The position numbers and the translations under genes were made by a program. This document shows, piece by piece, positions 47,586 through 55,353 of a stretch of DNA of 64,000 nt (positions within the stretch are counted from its first letter, which is position 1; each line of letters starts with the position of its first letter). This stretch comes from Desulfococcaceae bacterium (GTDB lineage: Bacteria > Desulfobacterota > Desulfobacteria > Desulfobacterales > Desulfococcaceae). The stretch lies in the NCBI GenBank assembly GCA_050180235.1, contig JBFXEJ010000017.1, positions 4,595-68,594 on the forward strand, given 5' to 3'. The notes beneath the pieces are model-generated. The model was given only the letters and a program-made list of their open reading frames with translations. It was not told the origin of the DNA and searched no databases.

Positions 47586-48845
47586 TTGAAAATAAAAAAA
47601 ATAACATTCTTCGCAGTGATGCCATTTCTTCTGATTCTGTGCATATCTGCCGGATACAGTGAAGAAATTCCAATGTTGTTAATTAACCTTGATCCCCTGA
47701 ATATTTCAGGACAAAGCCCCAATTTTGCTGCTGCTTTCAGGGAAAAAGATGGGCCGGTAAATATCACATCCGCGGATGCCCTGATTACGGACAGCGGGGG
47801 AACCGGTCTGACTGCAATAAGCATCAGTATTGTTCCGTTCATGCCGGATGATGTGCTGGAAGCTGATACAGCCGGAACAGATATGATTGCCACATATCAG
47901 GACGGCGTGCTGCATATTACATCCAGAAATATCGGCGGATGGGACAGTGCGGAAAATTATCAGGTAATTTTGCGCACCGTGATTTTCAAAAATGATTCTC
48001 CCAATCCTGATGAAACCCCGCGTCAGATTGAAATGCTTGCGCAAAGGGAAAATCAGAGCGGAGAGCCGGTTCTGTGTACGCTGACTGTTACAGCCGTAAA
48101 TGATTCTCCGGTGAATATTGTGCCAGATTCGCAGTTCACGCCCAGAGATATTCCCCTGATTTTCAGTCCCGGAAACGGGAACCGCATTTCCGTCAGTGAT
48201 TTGGATGCCGGAGACGGAGAAATGGCTGCAGATATGCAGGCGGATGAGGGAAATCTGTCTGTGAACGGCACATCCGGAGCAATCACAGAAGGCAATGATT
48301 CCGGGCATCTTTCCCTCAAAGGCACAATGGAGCAGATCAACAGGGAACTCAATGGTCTGCGTTATATTCCCCCTTTGGGCAAAGATGGCAATTTCACCCT
48401 GACTCTTATTTCTGATGATCAGGGACATACCGGAGAACCCGGGCCTCTGCGCGATACAGATACCGTTTCCATTACGTCCGGCGCTCCTGTCAGTCCCCAA
48501 CCGCCTGTTGCAAATGCGGGTGCGGATCAGACAGTGAACGGTTCCGTCACTGTCACTCTGGACGGTTCCGCGTCTTATGCAATGGAAGGGGCATTCATAA
48601 CATATGCATGGAGCCAAATTGGCGGAAGTCCGGGAGTTGTGCTGAATAATGCAGATACTGCTTTTCCGGCTTTTACTGCACCCCAGGCCGGGGAACTGGA
48701 AAAAAATTTGACATTTCAGTTGAAAGTCACAGACAGCAATGATCTGTGGGCGTTGGACACAGTAAGGGTGACGGTGCGCAGCAATTCCTCAGAGGGTGGC
48801 GCAGGCGATTCAGGCGGCTGTTTTATGCGTTCGCTCATTCACTGA
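47586..48845 (+). CDS. secreted cadherin-like / PKD-like repeat protein
   Basis: TTG start with signal peptide MKIKKITFFAVMPFLLILCISAGYS. VTAVNDSPV (cadherin-like) and ANAGADQTVNGSVTVTLDGSAS (PKD-like). Confidence 0.6.
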   Translation: MKIKKITFFAVMPFLLILCISAGYSEEIPMLLINLDPLNISGQSPNFAAAFREKDGPVNITSADALITDSGGTGLTAISISIVPFMPDDVLEADTAGTDMIATYQDGVLHITSRNIGGWDSAENYQVILRTVIFKNDSPNPDETPRQIEMLAQRENQSGEPVLCTLTVTAVNDSPVNIVPDSQFTPRDIPLIFSPGNGNRISVSDLDAGDGEMAADMQADEGNLSVNGTSGAITEGNDSGHLSLKGTMEQINRELNGLRYIPPLGKDGNFTLTLISDDQGHTGEPGPLRDTDTVSITSGAPVSPQPPVANAGADQTVNGSVTVTLDGSASYAMEGAFITYAWSQIGGSPGVVLNNADTAFPAFTAPQAGELEKNLTFQLKVTDSNDLWALDTVRVTVRSNSSEGGAGDSGGCFMRSLIH

Positions 48846-48859
48846 TTTAAATGTTCTTT

Positions 48860-48905
48860 CCCGCAGAGAACACAGCGTTTTTCCACAGAGGACACAGAGA
48901 TTTCA
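48860..48905. repeat. family E repeat, left of the defence-type islet
   Basis: cccgcagagaacacagcgtttttccacagaggacacagagatttc. Confidence 0.65.
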
Positions 48906-49048
48906 CTGAAGATTCCGGTTTTTAAGATGATTTTTTAAATTAAGCACTCAACCGGAAGTTTCCGGGTATTCAAAAAAAACCGGATTTTTCCAAAAAATCA
49001 GATTTTTCTGAAAACTCTGCACCAGAAAATTTATGCTGATTTACCTAT

Positions 49049-51046
49049 ATGAATTCATTTTCCCATCTGCCACTTTTCAAAGAAGACAATCTTCTGAAAA
49101 AATTTGAGGAAATCCATGATTATATTTATGCCAATGACGGACTTTCCCCGCAGCAGGCTTTGGAGGAAATTGTCAAAATTCTGTTTGTCAAAATTGCTGA
49201 TGAAAATGCAGATCAGAAGCAGTTCACAATTTCCGAAAAGGAATGGAACAGCCTGAAACATGGGCAGAAAATTCCGGATTTTGAAGATCGGATCACAAAA
49301 CTGTTTGCACAGACCGTTCAGGCATATCCGGACATATTTTCAGCAGATGAGCGCATCCGTCTTTCCCATACAGTTTTGGCTTTCACTGTCAGCAGACTGC
49401 AGAATATTTCTTTTGTCACTTCTTCACAGGATGCAAAAGGACTGGCTTTTCAGAAATTTCTCTCCCATCAGGAAAAACACGGCAGAGGGCAGTTTTTCAC
49501 ACCTGAACCTGTCATAGATTTCTGTGTGCAGATGATACAGCCCGATCTGTCTGAAAGCATTGTAGATCCGGCCTGCGGCACCGGAGGTTTTCTGATGTCC
49601 GCTCTGAAATATCTCAAAAACAGGTTTGCAGATGCAGATGTATCTGAGATAATTTCAAAAAATCTCTGGGGATTTGATATAAACAGGAGCATTGCCAGAA
49701 TTGCCAGAATGAAACTTCTTTTGGAGGCAAATGCAAAAACCAATATCTTCTGTGCCAATTCTCTGGATAATTTGGAGAATCTCTTATCAGCAAATCCTGA
49801 AGGTTTTGACATTGTGCTGAGCAATCCGCCGTTTGGAGCAGGCGGAAAAATTGCGGACAGGCAGATACTTGAAAAATTTGATTTGGGATACAAATGGTCA
49901 GAAACAGAAAATCAGTACATCAGAACAAAGAAAATCAGCACAGGTCAGGCTGCGGAAATTCTCTTTGTTGAACGCTGTCTGCAGGTGCTGAAACCGGGCG
50001 GAAGAATGGGCATTGTCCTGCCCAACGGACATTTTGAAAATCCTTCTTTGGCATATATGAGATTTTATATTAAGCAAAAAGCAAAAATACTGGCAATTGT
50101 AAATTTGCCGCAGGAAACATTTATTCCTTTTGGAACCGGTGTAAAAACATCTTTGCTTTTTTTGCAGAAACAGGGTATATATCCCAAAAAATCTTATCCT
50201 GTTTTTTTTGGAAAAATAAAAAAACCGGGGTATCAGGGCAATAAAAATGCAAGTCCTGTTTACCGGAAAGACAGAAACGGACAAATCATAAAAGATGAAA
50301 AGGGACAGTCTGTTTTGGATGAGGATTTCAGTCTGCTTGTCAGGGAGTACAAAAATTTTCTGGAAGGAAACAGAAAGGAAACCCAAAATTCCTTTTCCCT
50401 TGATTCTGATGAACTGAAGGGCCGTTTTGACTATGATTTTTATGCACCGGAAAATAGAAGATTAATAGCTGATTCCAGTGCAGATAAAACCGTCCGGCTG
50501 GGTGATGTTTGTGAGATTGTAAAAACAAAAAGTGAAAAACTGAAAAAATCTGATCTGGCCGTTGAATATATAGAACTTTCTGATATTAATACAAACGCTT
50601 TTGAAATTATCAATACAGCAGATTATTATGTGCATGAACTGCCCAGCCGTGCCAGTTACGAAATCCGAGCGGGGGATATTCTCACCGCGATTGCAGGCAA
50701 TTCTGTGGGAACAAAAAAACATGCCACAGCATTGGTCACAGAGGAATTTGAAGGCTGTATCTGTTCCAATGGGTTCAGAGTCTTGCGAAATTTCAGAATT
50801 GACATATATTTTATGATGTATTTTCTGAAATCAGATTTGTTTCTGCGTCAGATGCTTATGTACCGCACTGGTGCGGCCATTCCCAATGTGTCAGACAAAG
50901 ATTTGGCAAACATTCTGATTCATCTGCCGGATGACAATATCATAAAGCAGATAAGCGAGAAAATGAAAAGTTCTTTTGAACTCCGGCACGCAGCAAAAAG
51001 AGAAATGGAAAGTATTCCGGCAAATATTCTGCAATGGCCGAACTGA
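49049..51046 (+). CDS. N6-adenine DNA methyltransferase fused to an HsdS-like target-recognition domain
   Basis: Motif I DPACGTGGFL and motif IV NPPFGA. The C-terminal ~200 aa resemble a single type I S-subunit TRD (VRLGDVCEI...GAAIPNVSDKDL). Visibly AT-rich. Confidence 0.85.
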   Translation: MNSFSHLPLFKEDNLLKKFEEIHDYIYANDGLSPQQALEEIVKILFVKIADENADQKQFTISEKEWNSLKHGQKIPDFEDRITKLFAQTVQAYPDIFSADERIRLSHTVLAFTVSRLQNISFVTSSQDAKGLAFQKFLSHQEKHGRGQFFTPEPVIDFCVQMIQPDLSESIVDPACGTGGFLMSALKYLKNRFADADVSEIISKNLWGFDINRSIARIARMKLLLEANAKTNIFCANSLDNLENLLSANPEGFDIVLSNPPFGAGGKIADRQILEKFDLGYKWSETENQYIRTKKISTGQAAEILFVERCLQVLKPGGRMGIVLPNGHFENPSLAYMRFYIKQKAKILAIVNLPQETFIPFGTGVKTSLLFLQKQGIYPKKSYPVFFGKIKKPGYQGNKNASPVYRKDRNGQIIKDEKGQSVLDEDFSLLVREYKNFLEGNRKETQNSFSLDSDELKGRFDYDFYAPENRRLIADSSADKTVRLGDVCEIVKTKSEKLKKSDLAVEYIELSDINTNAFEIINTADYYVHELPSRASYEIRAGDILTAIAGNSVGTKKHATALVTEEFEGCICSNGFRVLRNFRIDIYFMMYFLKSDLFLRQMLMYRTGAAIPNVSDKDLANILIHLPDDNIIKQISEKMKSSFELRHAAKREMESIPANILQWPN

Positions 51047-51077
51047 TTGATATTTCCGAATTTTCCCAAAAAAATTT

Positions 51078-51268
51078 GGTAGTGGGACTTTTCATGCTGA
51101 TTTTTTTAATTTATAAATCAGTATATTATATAAAATCAGCACGAACAGTATCATGGATGTATCGTATAACTATTTGTATTTATTATGTATAGACAAAAAC
51201 CGGCATTTTCTGAAAACATAATAATATAAGACAGTTAAATTTTAACCAGTTTGTGCAGACCCACTACC
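51078..51268 (+). mobile_element. MITE family A copy (191 bp) with 8-bp TSD AAAAATTT
   Basis: Same termini. Flanks 51070..51077 and 51269..51276 are identical. Lies between the methyltransferase and PD-(D/E)XK genes. Confidence 0.85.
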
Positions 51269-51305
51269 AAAAATTTATCTGTATTAAGAGTAAGAGATTT
51301 TACAT

Positions 51306-52190
51306 ATGGAAAAAATTTCTCAATCCCGCGGAACCCGCTGGCACCGTCTTCTGGGAACCCTGTTTGAGGAACTCCTGTCCCCGACCGGAGTTTCCGTGTT
51401 CACGGATTTTCCTGTGATGGCAGAATCTCCGGAAGCCGACATTCTTCTGCTCCGGAAAGAGCCGGGAAAATGGACTGCTGAACAGGCAGCCTTTCTGCCT
51501 GACGGCATACGGGACAGCAGCGCGGCGCATATTCTCATTGAATTCAAATATACAGAATCCGTGACAGAGGACACGTTCCGGCAGACAACCGGATATGAGT
51601 TTTTTTACCGGCATGCCCATAAACTGAGAGAGTGTGACATACAGTTTTTTGTTATGAGTGCAAAGACACCGCAGGAAACACTGCTGAAGAGATTCGGATA
51701 TTCATCTGGAGAAAAACAGGGAATTTATCTGAGTGACAACCCTATCCTGCGGATATTCCCGCTGCTGTGCCTCAATGAACTTAGCAAAGAGATGCATAAC
51801 GCATTTGTAAAATGCTTTGCCAGCCGGAGGCAGGAGAAGACAGTCGCGTTCAATGCCATTATGCAGGAATGGATAAAAAAACTGAATCCGGAATTGCAGA
51901 GGTTCATTGACGGTCTTCTGTGCTACTGGTTTTCAGAGAAAGGAGAGCATATGGAAACACTGGAACTGACCCCTGAAAAAGTCAAAGAGATGGGAAAAGT
52001 GTGGGCAGATATGGTTCTTTCCGGCATGTCTGTCGATGATGTGCTGGCCAGATTCAGCCCGGATGATGTTCTGTCCCGGTACAAACCGGAAGAACGTCTG
52101 AAAGGAATCGGAACTGAGGAACGCCTGAAAGGACTTTCAGAGGCGGAAATAGAAGCCTATCTTTCTGAAATCAGAAAGAACAGGAACTGA
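51306..52190 (+). CDS. PD-(D/E)XK nuclease-fold protein (Rpn/DUF4351-like)
   Basis: Candidate catalytic D (PEADILLL) and ExK (LIEFKYTES). Repeat-rich helical C-terminus. Family call tentative. Confidence 0.5.
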   Translation: MEKISQSRGTRWHRLLGTLFEELLSPTGVSVFTDFPVMAESPEADILLLRKEPGKWTAEQAAFLPDGIRDSSAAHILIEFKYTESVTEDTFRQTTGYEFFYRHAHKLRECDIQFFVMSAKTPQETLLKRFGYSSGEKQGIYLSDNPILRIFPLLCLNELSKEMHNAFVKCFASRRQEKTVAFNAIMQEWIKKLNPELQRFIDGLLCYWFSEKGEHMETLELTPEKVKEMGKVWADMVLSGMSVDDVLARFSPDDVLSRYKPEERLKGIGTEERLKGLSEAEIEAYLSEIRKNRN

Positions 52191-52475
52191 GCGGTTTTCA
52201 GGGAAAGGAGATCCATTCTGTGGAAACACTGGAACTGCCCCCTGAAAAAGTCAGGGAAATGGGAAAGATTTGGGGGGATTTGATCCTTTCCGGAATGTCT
52301 GTTGATGAAGCTCTGGCCCGATTCAGCTTGGATGAGATTCTGTCCTGTTACAAACCCGAAGAGGTTCTGTCCATCTATAAACCCGAAGAACGTCTGAAAG
52401 GACTTTCAGAGGAAGAAATCGAGGCTTATCTTTCTGAAATCAGAAAGAACAGGAACTGACCGGTTTTTCAGAGAT
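51928..52475 (+). repeat. tandem duplication (~265-bp unit, two copies plus the start of a third)
   Basis: Unit boundary GGTTTT(T)CAG(A/G)GA occurs at 51928, 52193 and 52462. Copy 1 is the 3' end of gene 51306..52190. Confidence 0.8.
52220..52459 (+). pseudogene. duplicated 3' fragment of the preceding PD-(D/E)XK gene
   Basis: The 79-aa GTG-initiated ORF is a diverged copy of the last ~80 aa of 51306..52190 (METLELTPEKVKEMGKVW vs METLELPPEKVREMGKIW; both end EIEAYLSEIRKNRN). Confidence 0.5.
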
Positions 52476-52481
52476 GTTCCG

Positions 52482-52555
52482 GGAGTGCAAAAATTGTATT
52501 TTTGCACAGATATGCGGATCATTTCCGGGCAGCAAAAATACAATTTTTGCACTCC
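52482..52555. repeat. 24-bp perfect inverted repeat upstream of the Bell-like gene
   Basis: ggagtgcaaaaattgtatttttgc (52482..52505) and gcaaaaatacaatttttgcactcc (52532..52555). Related to the ggagtgcaaaaatt cargo module of family B. Confidence 0.85.
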
Positions 52556-52621
52556 GCCGGAAAGTTTTTGATCTGCTGTTTGTTCATAATGCTTACACTT
52601 TTTCAGAAAAAGGAGAAAAAA

Positions 52622-53005
52622 ATGGATCCCGTTACCGCAGGCATTCTTGCTGCCATAGCCGCAGGCGCGACACAGGTGGGTAAATCAGCAATTGTTGACA
52701 GTTACACCGCACTGAAAAAAGTGATTGGGGACAAATACAGAAAATCCCAGCTTCCGGCAGTGGTGAACAGTCTGGAAGCCATGCCGGATTCCAAAAACCG
52801 GCAGGGAACTGTACAGGAGGAGATTCAAATCACCAAAGCAGACAAAGACCCGGAGATTCTCAAGGCTTTGGAGAATCTTGCGGAAGCACTGAAAGCCTCA
52901 CCCGAAGGACAGAAAGTGATCAGCAAATACAATCTCAATATTACGGGCAGCAAAATTGGTGTGGTGGGTGACAATGTGAAAATTGAAGGCGGAATGCACT
53001 TTTAA
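52622..53005 (+). CDS. small Bell/HeLo-like putative membrane-targeting effector with C-terminal amyloid-like motif
   Basis: ATG 52622 is preceded by AAAGGAGAAAAAA. N-terminus MDPVTAGILAAIAAGATQVG; C-terminus NLNITGSKIGVVGDNVKIEGGMHF matches the N-terminus of the next gene. Confidence 0.7.
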   Translation: MDPVTAGILAAIAAGATQVGKSAIVDSYTALKKVIGDKYRKSQLPAVVNSLEAMPDSKNRQGTVQEEIQITKADKDPEILKALENLAEALKASPEGQKVISKYNLNITGSKIGVVGDNVKIEGGMHF

Positions 53006-53014
53006 GGAAAATGT

Positions 53015-55069
53015 ATGACCCAAATATCTGATGCGAAAATCGGGGTGGTGGGAACTGCGCATATTGAAGGCGGAATGCACATTTATGGCAATAAACCCCA
53101 GAATCCGCCACTGCACCTTCCCCCGCGTTCCAAACATTTTACAGACCGCAAAGCAGAACTGGAAAAACTGCTTGCAGAACTGCAGCCGGGTCATACGGTC
53201 ACGCTTTGCGGCCCCGGGGGTATCGGCAAAAGCGCACTCGCGGCTGAGGCCCTGTGGCATCTGACATCAGGTACTTCGCCCCCTGCGTGTTTCCCGGACG
53301 GTGTAATCTGGCATGATTTTTACCGGGAACCCAAATCAGAAACCGCACTGGAACACATTGCCCGGTGTTTTGGGGAAGAACCGGTTCCCACTGCCCTTAC
53401 TGCTGCCGGGAGAGCTTTGTCCGGCAAAAAAGCGGTGCTGCTGCTTGATGGCACGGAAGACACAGACAATCTTCCCGCAGTTCTGTCCGTCAGCGGCAAC
53501 TGCGGTGTCATTGTCACCAGCCGCAGACGCAGGGATGCAGAAGAGAAAAGAGAGGACATCCGGCCGCTGGAAGCAGATGAGGCTGTGAAACTGCTCCGGG
53601 CATGGTGCGGAGATCAGGCAAAAGAGGAAAATCCGGCCCGGCAGATTTGCGAACGGCTGGGCGGACTGCCCCTTGCTGTGCGTCTGGCAGGCCGTTATTT
53701 AAGTCAGACCGGTGACAGCGCGGCTGAGTATCTGGAATGGTTAATCTCCTCACCGTTTGAAGCCCTTGATCCGGATAAGGAACATCACCGGCTGGAAAGC
53801 GTACCCTGGCTGATAGAACACAGCCTGAAGCAGGTGGATGAAACAGCCCGGCAGATTCTGGCGGTATGCGGCATACTGGCTTTCGCTCCTTTTTCCAGAC
53901 AGGTGATGGAATTCGCGCTGGAAGACAAATCCGCTGTCCGTGTAGGACTCAATACCCTTGTCAACTATGGTCTGTTAATCCGCATAGCAGATCGTTGGCA
54001 GGTGTCCCATGCCCTGATTCATACTTATGCAAGAACCCGTCTTCATGTTCTGGAAGAGACGGAAAAAAATCTGATTTTGTATTACCTTGCCTTTGCTGCC
54101 GTGCAAAATGAGGTTATGGCAGAAGGCTTTGCCAGGCTCAACCCGGAACGGCCCCATATCCTGTCCCTGCTCCACAGCACTTCTGATGACGCAAACGCCC
54201 TGAACCTGCTTTGGGCAATGGAAGAATACTGCACCTGGCAGGGCCATTACGCGGAATTCCGCTCGGCTGTGCTTCACTGCATCCGTGCCGCGCAAAAACT
54301 GGAAGATCATCATCAGGAGGCCAACTGCATAAAGGCTCTGGGTGATGTCCACATCATGCTTGCCGAATATGAACAGGCCCGGAAATGTTATGAAGAGGCA
54401 CAGCCCGTTTACGCACAGATCGGAGCCTTCTTGGGGGAGGCCAACTGCATAAAGTCTTTGGGCGATGTACACAGTTATCTTGCTGAATATAAACAGGCCC
54501 GGAAATGTTACGAAGAGGCGCGGCCCGTTTACGCAAAGATCGGAGCCCTCCTGGGGGAGGCCAACTGCATTTATTCTCTGGGCGATATCCACAGTTATCT
54601 TGTAGAATGTGAACAGGCTCGGAAATGTTACGAAGAGGCGCGGCCCGTTTACGCAAAGATCAGGGATCGTCTGGGGGAGGTCAACTGCATAAAGGCTCTG
54701 GGCGATGTCCACATCAGGTTTGCCGAATATGAACAGGCCCGGAAACGCTACGAAGAGGCACGGCCCGTTTACGCAAAGATCGGAGCCCGCTTGGGGGAGA
54801 CCAACTGCATAAGGGCTCTGGGCGATGTCCACATCATGCTTGCCGAATATGAACAGGCCCGGAAATGTTATGAAGAGGCAAAGCCCGTTTACGCACAGAT
54901 CGGAGCCCGCTACAGTGTCGCGTTTATACTGGCGTATCTGGGACTGACATATAAAGGATTGGGAGAACTGCAAACCGCGCGGGAGCATCTGGAGCAGGCC
55001 ATTGACCTCTTTGAAAAGATAAAATCCCCGTATGCGGCTATGATCAAAAAATGGCTGGAGGATTTGTAA
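53015..55069 (+). CDS. NLR-like STAND NTPase: N-terminal amyloid-like motif, NB-ARC, TPR repeats
   Basis: MTQISDAKIGVVGTAHIEGGMHIYG; Walker A GPGGIGKSALA; Walker B LLLDGTED; NB-ARC GLPL motif GGLPLAV; five near-identical 40-aa TPR-like units plus a terminal TPR. Confidence 0.9.
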   Translation: MTQISDAKIGVVGTAHIEGGMHIYGNKPQNPPLHLPPRSKHFTDRKAELEKLLAELQPGHTVTLCGPGGIGKSALAAEALWHLTSGTSPPACFPDGVIWHDFYREPKSETALEHIARCFGEEPVPTALTAAGRALSGKKAVLLLDGTEDTDNLPAVLSVSGNCGVIVTSRRRRDAEEKREDIRPLEADEAVKLLRAWCGDQAKEENPARQICERLGGLPLAVRLAGRYLSQTGDSAAEYLEWLISSPFEALDPDKEHHRLESVPWLIEHSLKQVDETARQILAVCGILAFAPFSRQVMEFALEDKSAVRVGLNTLVNYGLLIRIADRWQVSHALIHTYARTRLHVLEETEKNLILYYLAFAAVQNEVMAEGFARLNPERPHILSLLHSTSDDANALNLLWAMEEYCTWQGHYAEFRSAVLHCIRAAQKLEDHHQEANCIKALGDVHIMLAEYEQARKCYEEAQPVYAQIGAFLGEANCIKSLGDVHSYLAEYKQARKCYEEARPVYAKIGALLGEANCIYSLGDIHSYLVECEQARKCYEEARPVYAKIRDRLGEVNCIKALGDVHIRFAEYEQARKRYEEARPVYAKIGARLGETNCIRALGDVHIMLAEYEQARKCYEEAKPVYAQIGARYSVAFILAYLGLTYKGLGELQTAREHLEQAIDLFEKIKSPYAAMIKKWLEDL
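54317..54916 (+). repeat. five tandem 120-bp (40-aa) TPR-coding units of very high identity
   Basis: Units start at 54317, 54437, 54557, 54677 and 54797. Example pair: EANCIKALGDVHIMLAEYEQARKCYEEAQPVYAQIGAFLG / EANCIKSLGDVHSYLAEYKQARKCYEEARPVYAKIGALLG. Confidence 0.9.
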
Positions 55070-55110
55070 CGCTGTTTTTTCCCCCCTTTTCTGCAGGATG
55101 TCCAAAGTTT

Positions 55111-55312
55111 CCCACAGAGGACACGGAGAAAAAGCGCAGAGAATTCAAAAACGATAAAGGGCTGAGACAAAATAATCTGTGTTTTATACCCGAAAATTTT
55201 CGCTGATCGGCTTACAGACAACAAAATTTTTCCGCAGAGAACAGAATGGTTCAGGCAAAACAGAAAAATCTCTGTGTCCTCTGTGGAAGAATCTCTGTGA
55301 TCTCTGTGGGAA
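55111..55312. repeat. family E repeats (two units, opposite orientations), right of the islet
   Basis: cccacagaggacacggagaaaaagcgcagagaa (55111..55143) and ccgcagagaac...tctctgtgtcctctgtggaagaatctctgtgatctctgtggg (55232..55312). Confidence 0.65.
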
Positions 55313-55353
55313 ACAGATTTTGATGATGCAATGGAATACAGGGAGTAAAAAAA

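Noticed and set aside
48800-48845. C-terminal GGCF... of the cadherin-like protein as a truncated sorting signal (CFI-box-like)
   Set aside because: Only four residues resemble the motif I recall, and no hydrophobic helix follows. The evidence is too weak.
53975-55105. 376-aa ORF antisense to the NLR gene
   Set aside because: It lies entirely within the TPR repeat array. Its periodic low-complexity translation (…GPCLFVAFPGLFIFGK… repeated) is a by-product of the repeats, while the sense strand has clear NB-ARC/TPR motifs.
55080-55353. Search for a HicA toxin partner upstream of hicB
   Set aside because: All frames are interrupted and dominated by family E repeats, with no HicA-like sequence.
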